DNA from: Vitrella brassicaformis CCMP3155
Lineage: Eukaryota > Protista > Chromerida
Direction: 5' to 3'
Assembly (NCBI GenBank): GCA_001179505.1
Contig: CDMY01001019.1
Coordinates: 124,001-188,000 of the forward strand
Length of the DNA: 64,000 nucleotides
Shown: positions 12,647-23,208 of the stretch, piece by piece
Position numbering within the stretch: the first letter of the stretch is position 1
How the letters are laid out: every line of letters begins with the position of its first letter
Notes under the pieces: generated by a model
Database searches by the model: none
The model's input: the letters and a program-made list of their open reading frames with translations, nothing else
Told to the model about the DNA's origin: nothing
Made by a program: the position numbers and the translations under genes

Positions 12647-14922
12647 ATGGATGGTGGCAGCTCTGCGCTTCTGCTCGGCGAGGGCAACTTCTCGTTCGCA
12701 CTGGCGCTCTCGACTCTGCTCAGCAGGTCAGGCCACTCACACTCACACACACACACACACACAGCCACACACACACACAGCCACAGCCACACTCACACAG
12801 CCACAGCCACAGCCACACGGCAAGCGCGATGAGTGACTTGGTGTGCGTGTGTGTGTGACGTGACTGGCAGGAAGGACGAGTGCGAAAGGACGAGGGCGCT
12901 GCGCTATCTGGGTGTCGCCCGTCCGCCAGACCGCTTGTATGCCACATCCTTTGACTCCTTTTCGGAAGTACACCGAAAGTACCCCGAGGCCCATGGGATC
13001 ATCGAGCGGCTGCACAGGGCACAAGAGGTACCTGTACAGGTGCTGCACGGCATCAACGCCTGGGCTATCGATGCACACTTCCCAGGCGCACGGTTCGACC
13101 TCATTGCATGGTAGGTAGGCCAAAACAACACACCGCACAGACAGACAGACACACGCAAAAGGTATGTATATGTGCGAGAATCGCGTTGCGCTGCAGGAAC
13201 CACCCCCACCTGGGAAAAGAGGATTTCCGCCTGCATCGCTTTCTGATGGCCCACTTCTTCTATTCTGCGGCAGAGGCACTCACACCTGGTGAGTCGAGCA
13301 CATAGCTATGCATAGATACATACATGACACACACACCTCCCACACCACACATACACAGGCACACACACGACGTGCGCACAGGACAGGACAGGACGCATCG
13401 GATCTGCTTCATGTGCGGTCGGTCAGGTGGGCTGGTGTGCGTGAGTCTGGTGGACGGGCAGGCCGAGAGATGGGAGGTGGTGCAGCAGGCACAGCGGCAC
13501 CATTTGATGGTGGGTCGATGCACACATACTCACAATACATACTGGCCAGCCAGCTGGCGTCCGTGTGTGAGTGTGCGGGTGTGCGTGTGTGCATACTGCT
13601 TCTGTCCATTTGAATACCCATCAGCTCGAGTGTGTGGATCCCTTCGAAGACAGCGACTATCCCGGCTACCAGTGCAAGAGAAACAAAACGGGACAGGTAA
13701 ATTGCATGTCATGGCATGCACAGTGAGCGATAGACATCATTTGCTTTGACAAACTGGCTGCAGTCCTTCAAGAATCTGCACACCAAGCAGCACGTCGGCA
13801 GCGAGATGCGCTCATTCACGTACCGATTCAGACACGAGTCCGCAGCCCAAGACCGTCCCCAACAGAGCAAAGTCGCCGCAGCACCATCCAGCAGCACCAA
13901 CGGCATGCCACCCGACGCACCATTAGACCAAGAGGCCACCACGGGCAGAGTGCCTGGCGACGACAAATGGGGAGAGAGGGTTGCATCAAATGGGCAAAGA
14001 GCGCTATCATCCCCGGCTGCCGAGAGCGACTTCATCTGTCCGCACTGCAAAGTAAACATAGCGCAGCGCACCAACGAGTGAATCAATGGCTGAATACCAA
14101 TGGCCTGGCCTCTCAATGCATCGTTTTCCCTTCCAGAAGGAGTTCAGATCTCTCCGGGGGCTGAGGACACACGTCCGGCAGGTGAGATGGATGAACGTGT
14201 CACTCACGCAAATCCTGTCTCTCTGTTCGTTCTGTCTCACCACTCACTCACTGTGTCCACCCACGTACATTGATTGATGTCAATGAAGGTTCACGAGCTG
14301 AAGAAGTATGGAGACGGCTGGCGGCCGCATCGACCGAGGATCCTGCAGTGCGCCGCGTGCGACCGAGCGTTTGCAGACCTCGAGGCCCGGTAGGTGGGTG
14401 GGTGGGTGGTTGGACGACGGGTTGAGTGATGGGGCGGTCTCGCCATGCCATCCACCGATACGTGGGAGGGAGGGAGCGTATATGGATCCATGCTACATGT
14501 AGGTGGCAGCATGCGGTGGCCAAGCACACGTACCAGGGCGCTGATGAAGCCAATGAGCCATCCCAGTCAACGAGAACACTAGATGCACCCTCTTTTGACT
14601 CGTACTACCCTTGCCCAATCTGTAAGCCACCTACCTATATGCGATCAATGCAACGTGACGACCATACCGATTGTATATGTGCGTGCATCCGCAATTAAGT
14701 CTCTGTCTCACCGACTTGGTGCGTGTGTGGACGAGTGCAGGTGGGTTGGCCGTGCCGGGCGAGTGGGGGATCCATCAGCATCTCGAGTCCCTCAAACCGA
14801 TCGTCGGTCTCGTCGCAGAGTGTGTCTTGTGCCACCGACAGTTCATCGAGTACAGAGCGCTCCAGCAGCACCGGAATTTCTGCAAAGCCAAGCAAGAAGG
14901 GAACAAGGGAATTATTGCGTGA
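12647..14922 (+). CDS. DUF2431/BMT5-like Rossmann rRNA (uridine-N3) methyltransferase domain fused to C2H2 zinc fingers
   Basis: LLLGEGNFSFALAL, LYATSFDS, FDLIAW|NHPHLG, FLMAHFFYSA; then CPHC|KKEFRSLRGLRTHVRQ|VH, CAACDRAFADLEAR..QHAVAKH, CPIC..HQH, CVLCHRQF..QHRNFC. Confidence 0.85.
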
Positions 14923-15470
14923 ACTGGGTGGGCGGATTGATCGTGATGTGCGGCTGGCTGGACGTCACTTAACTTGTGTAAGCGTCGGAGGGCAAGGCAG
15001 CATATACACATGTGGGCCTGTAGCATGGGTGTGATACTATTGCATATTACATAATATATATACGTACATCCGGTGCTGGTCTTTCTGTCTGGTAGATATG
15101 TACAGTGTTGATCTAGGTCGGGGAGACACGCACGCATGCAATAATAGTTGGATGCCATTTCAGAATCCGAATGAAATTGGTTACACCAATCGATATCGTT
15201 GAGTGTGTTCGCTGCGAGTGCGTATGCGTATTACAGTCAGTAGTATATCGGTTAATTGATATTTCCGGATGATGTTGGTTGTCGGTCGGCGTATGTGGTG
15301 TCGTGCTGTGTTGTGTTGTCCACCGGTCTGTCTGCCACTGGCCGGTCTGGTCTGTTGCAAATCTGTTGTCGGGTGCGGTGCTGACTGACCGGTCTGTCTG
15401 CTGGTTGACCAGACCACCTCGGCATCCATCCCCACCATGTTATGTTCGCACTCTACGCCACTGGGCAGGG

Positions 15471-15526
15471 CAGGTTCTCGTCATACATATTGGTCAGCCA
15501 GGTTCTCGTCATACATATTGGTCAGC
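15471..15526. repeat. 28-bp perfect tandem duplication
   Basis: caggttctcgtcatacatattggtcagc x2. Confidence 0.9.
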
Positions 15527-16752
15527 CAGCCAAAAAACCGAACAACGAAATCGTCACGTCTGCCTGGTGCGTTGTTCGACTACTGCTGCTGTATGTTTTG
15601 TTTTGCCACACCAGGTGTGGCTCCACCGACCCGACTGGACCATCACAAGCCACCCCGCCCCCGAGCACTTTCCCCTCAGGAAGCCCTGCGAGTCGCTCTC
15701 TCTCGGCGGCGCGTACAGTACAGCCCCCTCCCAATCAATGTGTGAGGCCTGCCTGGCCCCCTGTGCACACAAACACATGCATGCCGCAGCAAGCAAGATG
15801 AAGGAAGGAAGCCAGACGTCACGTCAGCCGGCAGCAACGTCGAGGAGGTGCGGTGGCAGAACGGCGGGCGGTTTCCTGGCATCCACCGACCGGCAACAGT
15901 GACAGCAACAAATAGCGTGGGGCCTGCCTGAGGCGATCGGTGGATATGATATGCGTGGCTGGCCTGCGGCCGCTGCGATGCCGTCCACCTGAAGTGCACC
16001 TGCAGGGACGAGAAAGAGGCGACGGCGCCAATCGATCAACTGGTGTGGTGGCGGGACAGACAGACAGGGGAGGGCTCATGGGGATGGGGACGGCACGGGG
16101 AGAGTAAGTAGCTAAGCGAGCCCAAGGCGGTGACTGACGCCATTGGCCGCGGCTCGCTCGCCGCGGTCCCCCAGGTCACTCAAGCGGCTGGCTGCTGAGA
16201 TTCGAGATCATCTGGTGAGTGGAGAGAAGGGATGGGACACACCACACCACGCCACGCCACATGGCCCATTCATTCCACATCTGTCTGTCTGTCTGTCTGT
16301 CTGTCTCCCTGCCTGCCCGCGACGACCAGACCGCTCCTTCACTTCAAGGCGGTATTTGGCCGTCAGAGTCGGCGTTGTTAAAAATTCTTTTTGAGTTGAG
16401 TGGAGTTGAAAAACTTAGGCGTTATAGACTGGGGGCGGTGGGGGTGTATATATTAATGTGTGTCATTTGTTTTGGAAGTGAAGATCGAGCAATGGCATCT
16501 CGCCGAGTAATCGATCGAGTGGCGGGCGGTGCATTATCAATCCAATTGGAATGCATTCCAGTGGGGCGAAGCACGCCATTGGCTCACTCGAGCTCGTTGT
16601 GACTAGCGTCGCAGACAGAGAGACACGCGGCAATCAGCTTTTCAGATCCATTCACGAGTCTCCGTCGATCAAGCGAGACATCGCAGTCAGTACCGGCACG
16701 CTCGCTCGCATACGTGTCCATTTGTATGACACGCATCATGATGCAGACACAA

Positions 16753-18303
16753 CTACTTCCTGCCCTTCTTTCCGCCCTCCTCGCCCTCCTCGGTATCGCG
16801 TCGCCGCTTGAGGGCGCGATATGGTTCCGCGGTGACCGCAGGAGGAGGTGCTTGGCCGCCAAGTACCAGAATGGCCATCTTCCGCAGCAAATTCTCCTCG
16901 CCCGCCGGCGAGCACGAATACGCCATCCAATCGACCATGTAATGGTACTTCTCTGGCACATCTGGCACCAGCTTGCGGGCCTCGGAGGGCATTGGAATCG
17001 AGTGTTGAGTGGACCACTCAACATGGTCCGAAAGGGCATTATAGATCATTATGCGGTGTCCCACGCCTTCCATGTACCGGCTACGCCGCGCATCGGTCTC
17101 TGCATGAAAGAGCCACCCGAGATATACAGAGGCACATCACATACACACACCCATACACGGATTCGTGTATGGTACCTGTATCTGCATGCAATCGGGGGTC
17201 TTCGAACATCTTTATGAGTTGCCGTCCTGAAGTATATCGTGTGCTGTGCACGAAGCACGCTTCACTGGGGTCCAGCAGTGCCGATAGCATGTCGAGGGCC
17301 TTCTGATCGCCGGGGTCGCGCGCAAGCATCGTTTTGAGAAGACCTGATATACTTCCGGAGCTGATATGTGCGATGTCGTCCCACTCGAATGGCGCGGACT
17401 CGGTCAGGGGTATGATGCGCATAGTCGAGAAGTCGATGAGCTGTAGGTCTTTGGCTGATATCTCGGTCGACAGCATGACGCCTTCCTGCACAACACACGA
17501 GAGAGAGAGGACAAGGAGAAAAAGAGGGCAGGGTTGACTGCATGTACGTGACAGGCTTGACTACCTCGCCCGGGATCTGAAAGCCGAAATTTGGGTCGAT
17601 GGCCTCCGTGGGGTGCAGGGGAAGGAGAATGTTCCCGCTACATGGATGCATGCATTCATAAGACAAATGGTGTCTCCGTGTCTCACTGGATTGTGCAGCT
17701 CTCTCTGTCTACGCATTTAAGTCGCCATGGTAAAGGCCGTGTCGGTGCAGTCGATAGACGCCTTCGAGCAGAAGTAGCACCAAAAACCGCCCAAAAGGCA
17801 TCTTGACGGAAGAGAGGTCCGCGCCCTCCCCTCCAAGAAGCGACACGTGCCCCTTGACCGACACAGTGGTAGCGGGGTCAATCACAAGATTCACAACCTT
17901 GGCCGACTCATTCACAAAGTGTTCCATCATGGCCAGCACCTCGGCGAACGGCACACCGGTCATTTCGCCGAGGATCATGTAGTTTTCCTCGGGCACTGCG
18001 ATTGGCTGAATGATGGCTGCCTTCACGCAGGTCGAAGATCGACATGTCTCCCCTTCCTCTTTCAGATTGTAGAAATGAGGGATTTCGGGAATGGCATTGA
18101 GGATGTTCTCTACTTGAAGAAAATAGTGGCATGATGCGAGCTTCGCCCACAGTCAGCCCCCAAATCGGCTCGCTGGAAAACCTGCCATACTGTCCACTGC
18201 CTGGGTCCTCAGCAGCGCCAACTAAGGCAGCCAGGACCCGCCACTTCGAAATGGTGCGTACGTTGAGATTCGCTCTCTTGGTCGCCGTACAGGCACACCT
18301 CAC
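16753..18303 (-). CDS. Divergent protein kinase-like gene; 5' end runs into the assembly gap
   Basis: GSGQYG Gly-loop-like segment, LEGVYRLHRHGLYHGDLNA|GNILL catalytic loop, LQLIDFS (DFG equivalent); C-terminus ends KRRRDTEEGEEGGKKGRK*. Confidence 0.65.
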
Positions 18304-18343
18304 ATGTACGTCAAGGCAAAGAAGCGAAGCAGGGGGGGGGGGG

Positions 18344-18643
18344 NNNNNNNNNNNNNNNNNNNNNNNNNNNNNNNNNNNNNNNNNNNNNNNNNNNNNNNNN
18401 NNNNNNNNNNNNNNNNNNNNNNNNNNNNNNNNNNNNNNNNNNNNNNNNNNNNNNNNNNNNNNNNNNNNNNNNNNNNNNNNNNNNNNNNNNNNNNNNNNNN
18501 NNNNNNNNNNNNNNNNNNNNNNNNNNNNNNNNNNNNNNNNNNNNNNNNNNNNNNNNNNNNNNNNNNNNNNNNNNNNNNNNNNNNNNNNNNNNNNNNNNNN
18601 NNNNNNNNNNNNNNNNNNNNNNNNNNNNNNNNNNNNNNNNNNN
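18344..18643. other. Assembly gap (300 N) preceded by poly-G
   Basis: Run of N directly after 12 G. Confidence 0.99.
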
Positions 18644-18669
18644 GGTTGAATGTTTATTTATCGGTGCAG

Positions 18670-21600
18670 GTGCCGATATCGTCTGCAACATCGACCTGGG
18701 AGGGAGCTGCTGTCCGATCAATGTACCAAGTGAGCCAAGCAGGGACGGTGTCTATGGAATTGTACATGCGTGCATGCATATACATATATGTAGCATTTTC
18801 AAACGGAGACTACATGTACATCCATGATGCATCGGAGGGCTGCAGCGGTTCCGCAGCGCAAGACATTCTTTCGGGGTAGGCGCTATCCCTTGCACGAGTC
18901 ACAGCTCAATGCACGCTCTCTCGTTTGCCGCTGCATGCAGGGAAGGTGCAGGGGTAGCTGGGACAACTCCTGCGGTGTCTTCTTCGCCAAGCGGGTGGAA
19001 TTTTCGCTTTAAAGGCAAGACAGTTGTGGCCGGTGGATTCAAGTTCTGCTGGTCAGCAGCTGAGATTCGCTCGCAAGGTTGTGGAAAGCGCGAATTCATT
19101 CTTGTGCAGGTCAGCTGCGGGTAAGCGTGTGGAAATTGGGAAGCTCAACATCAGGCCCCCTTCCCAACCAGCACTTTGACTGCTTCACCGGATTCCGAAG
19201 AAAAAACAATTGTACTGCCTATCCAGAAGACCATCCAGAAGATCAAATAGGTAGGTGTTTCGGATGGGTGACGTTCATGGCTTTCTGCGTAAGTCCACCA
19301 CACATCATTGCACTCATGGGCAGGCATCGTCGAGAATGACAAGTTGTATGTGACCGACGAGGGGACTGACTGCATCGCAGAATTCCCACCGACAGAAATG
19401 AGTGGTGTATTTGCCGACGGAGGTGTTGCCAGTGCAGGAGCAGGAATCAAATACACCTGCACTGGCAACACCTGCTCCTACAAGAGGGCTTTTGTGTTCG
19501 GCGAGGCTCTCGTCACTGGCAACTACACGCTGTGTTGGTGCGTAAGTAAAGAATAGAGATTCAGAAATGTCACCGACGTGTCCTGTTTCGCATGGATGGG
19601 TGCAGGGGGCGAACCGCCAGCACAATCGGCACGCTGAGAATCACTGGTGAGGGGAATCAGCACCTTTTGCGCTTCCTGAGCTAGGAGCATCCAGTGTTTG
19701 CTGGCTGGCAAAACCTTCCTACAGAGCGCCCTGGTGGCCCCGACAGCAATACAGCCAAAACCTGCATAAGGGGCGGCAGGTGCCAAGTGGAGATTACGGG
19801 AGAAGGCAAGTGACACAACCGATACTCATTTCGACTGACGCAGTCAGCCGAACACAGATGTCTCCTTGTGTGCATGAACTGCACTGATGCAGAACTCCAA
19901 GAGGGGGACAAGATGATTCTGTCGAAGGATTCTTGCACGAGCGGGCAGTTGATCGACAGTGCTTTCGACGCTACTATGGCGACTGGGAAGCAGAAGGACG
20001 ACGGGACAAGATTGGAATTTACCTTCGGCAGCGGCGTAGACTACGCCCGCTCGATTACAGACGGCGATATCAAGCTGTGTTGGTACGTGCGTAGTACTTG
20101 TGACTGTGTACACTATATATGGGTGTATGGTGTCTATCCATATATGTGTAGGTGCACACATGAGCGCTCCTGTGATCCCAGCAGTGGCCTGAGCGACTTT
20201 GCCATGGAAGCTGGCTCCCTGACCGTCGACGGTATGAAGGACAAGACTCAAAACTCTGCTGAAAGACAGACGTCCATATGCACGTCAGTACTCTTGCAGG
20301 TCCTAGTGGAACGTTGAGTGCCGCCGATTGTTGGGCCGGTGGACGCTGTTCCGTGGAAATTGGCGGCAGAGGCAAATGACGATGCTTGACGTCGATCTCT
20401 TGTCACTGACTCTCCTCTTCCTCTCTCCTCTCTCTCTCTCTCTCTCTCTTTCTGAAGGCCTTGGTTCTGACAACCGTCTGCTCATTTCGTCAAGGGATTG
20501 CGCTGACCCTAGAATGGACTCACAACTGTTCGACCCAGAGATATTCATCGGCCAACCCGATCAAGAGCCTCCACACGCAGTATACAACTTCGGAAAAGCT
20601 TTGATGCCCGTCGACACCCGTTTCCTTTGCTGGTGGGTATCATGCGTCAACAGCAGCAGTGGCAAACAAGAGCTGGATGCAGGCTTTCTGCTAGGTGCCC
20701 AACGGGGTGCACAGAAGCGTGGCAATTCGGAAACTGGAAAGCGAGTGCAGGCACACTGACAATTAAAGGTGGGACACGGGTGGAGACAACAGGCATATAG
20801 CTCAATGAATACATGATTGCTGTCTGCATCTGCCACATACTGCAGGCCCTCATACTTCTCAGCCGACCGTCGCATGCACCGTTGGAAACCCATGTAATGT
20901 CACACTGACAGGAATCGGTGAGCTTCTCTGGTTTGTCAGCCATATACAAGACCCTCTGTGCAGACACACATGAATGCTGCATGCAGGTCTTGACAGCGGC
21001 GGCGTCCTTGCAGTGACGAAGGGAAGCGCCGATGTCGATAGCGCCAACTGCAGATCTTTACCTGTACAGGATCTCTTTCAGTCTGAAGGGCCGGCAGAAG
21101 CCACTTCCGACACAGAACCCTGGGACACATACTCATTGGGCATCCCAACGAAGAAATCTGATCACTACCTCTGCTGGTCGGCGCATACATACATACATAC
21201 ATACACGTACTGAGCGAGCTTGTTTCTAGGAGACACACGAGTAGCCAGGAGGGTGATGACAAAGGCTACATTAGGGTCGGCAAGCTGTCAATCGGTCAGG
21301 AGCAAGATTCGGAGGGAGAAGGGTATCCCGGTGAGGAGAAGCGACAACAAGTGACATCGAGCGACGCCTCTGACGTGTGTGTGTTGTGTGTGTGTGTGTG
21401 TGTGTTGTGTGTGTGTGTGTGTGTGTAGTGGCACATATACAAACAGATGGCACAGATGGCACAGATAGCACATATGGCACGTGAGACATGCACACGAATC
21501 ACGGAGTCATCAATCACTTGATCTCTCTGAATGACAATATATCATCTGCCTCTGCAGAGATGACGATAGTGATGTCCCCACGGGAGACAATGGGGATGAT

Positions 21601-21815
21601 GACGGTGCGGATGATGACAACGACCCGAACGCAACTGACAATCCAAGAACGCTGGACGAACGAACAGCAGGCGCAGTCACGTATGCATACACACAGACAA
21701 ACGGATTCGTTCCAAAGACGATACACACCTTCGTCTGCTCGATTTGTCTGCGTGCAGGGGCCATCCTGTCTGTATGCTGCTGTTGGCGGCCCTCACCACC
21801 ACAATCCTCGCCTGA
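18670..21815 (+). CDS. GPI-anchored surface protein of about five Cys-rich LCW(C) modules; 5' end in the gap
   Basis: Repeating GP...C..G..C.v.i.G / D.l.....C / (Y,F,K)LCW / iG.L.i.G units; acidic Asp-rich linker; hydrophobic C-terminus TAGAVTGHPVCMLLLAALTTTILA*. Confidence 0.72.
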
Positions 21816-22072
21816 ACACCGCCCCGCTGACAGCTCCCTTCTTAATCATTATCTCTCCTCCTTTTGTATTTTTTCCGGTTTTTTGAATTACCTCTTTGTG
21901 CCGTGTGTGTGTGTGTGTCTTTTTCGGGGGATTTGGAGTCTTTTAAAAAAACTGGTGACCGACAAATTGAATACGGGTGAAGAAGCTTTTCTGAAGAAGG
22001 AGACACTTTCGTAGACGTTCACCCTTATCTCAGCCTTACTGTGTCCCCCTTTGCCAAAAGAATAGTTGAGCA

Positions 22073-22420
22073 ATGAGAGGAGGAAGAGGCGAGGCAAGAG
22101 AGGAGGCACGTGATATTGCCGTGCATCACGTCTGGATGCGGACGAACTATCAACGTCTGTGCAATCGCTCCCACGGATACGCCAATGTGAAGGAGGCGGT
22201 GCAGGAGGCATACGAGAGCGAGTATGTGCAGAGCGTCTGCCACTTGCACATTTCGTATATACGGATAGTGGATACCTACCACCCCGAAATTCGGCGGCTG
22301 GCGGATTTGGTGAACTTGGTGTGCCGCCTGTGCCGTTTCCACCAAGATGACGAGACGGAAGCTGTTGACAGCCTGTTGTTCCATTCGAGCATCAAGATCT
22401 GTCGACCAGTCGCTGGTTAA
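22073..22420 (+). CDS. Intronless orphan ORF (115 aa) or degraded gene fragment
   Basis: MRGGRGEAREEARDIAVHHVWMRTNYQRLCN...; coding-like codon use and an open antisense shadow frame; no recognised motif. Confidence 0.3.
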   Translation: MRGGRGEAREEARDIAVHHVWMRTNYQRLCNRSHGYANVKEAVQEAYESEYVQSVCHLHISYIRIVDTYHPEIRRLADLVNLVCRLCRFHQDDETEAVDSLLFHSSIKICRPVAG

Positions 22421-22705
22421 CAGTGACCGCTTATTTGACACCTATGTTGCGGGCGGAGAAGCAGTGCAGTGTGCCAGGCAGTTGACGAGATATTGGCGGG
22501 TGAGGATTACGACGAATGAGTAGGGAAGAAAGAGACGACGATAGATACTTCTATGTTGTACATCATCCAGAGTTTGAATTACCAATAAAACTCTCTCATA
22601 AATGCTGCGGCAGCATTCAATGTCTGTAAAAGCCAATCTGCAACCACAAAGCAATTTATTGAATTATCTATTAATTTTGCCGATAACTTTGCACTGTTAC
22701 AAGTC

Positions 22706-22779
22706 CACCCATACACAAGACACACGTGGCCGCCCGCGAGAGAGTGAGTGCGTGTGCACCGACCGATGTATTGTGTGGG
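22706..22779 (-). repeat. Inverted near-identical copy of 25522-25601
   Basis: cacccatacacaagac...gagagagtgagtgcgtgtgcaccgaccgatgtattgtgtggg matches the reverse complement of 25522-25601 apart from two small indels and a substitution. Confidence 0.9.
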
Positions 22780-23208
22780 AAAGAAACATGTTTTGTGCGC
22801 TTTGAGGGGCAGACGTGTGGCGGTGTCTTTCTGCGTGCGTTCTTCGCCGTTTCTTCTGCCCTTCTTACGCCAAGCGTGCTCTATGGGTTTCCTTTGCTGG
22901 TGTGTGGCCTCCTGCGTGCCTTCTGCAGCGTCCGGTCCCTTTGGTTCCCTGTTTGTCTTGGTGTGTTCCCCGATCCTGGTGCTGTTTTCACCGTTTTTTT
23001 CGCTCGTTTCCGACGCCCCTGAGGTATGGGGGTGTTGTGTGTGATGCTGGTGTGCTGACAGGCGTGCGGGCAATGGATGCAATTTTTTGAGGAAGATTTG
23101 CAAAAGCTCGCCAAAGCTCCCGCCAAAACGACTCCGTGCGTCTAGGGATCCGTGTAAGATGATGATGATGATGAGCTGGGGGCCGCCCCCGTCTCAAGGG
23201 CGCATCGC

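Noticed and set aside
15180-16620. Possible gene or transposon fragments (e.g. PRSLKRLAAEIRDHL)
   Set aside because: No coherent frame, motif or terminal repeats
18332-18643. G-run and C-run tracts at both gaps as G-quadruplex or telomeric features
   Set aside because: True length and content are unknown; homopolymers commonly cause assembly breaks
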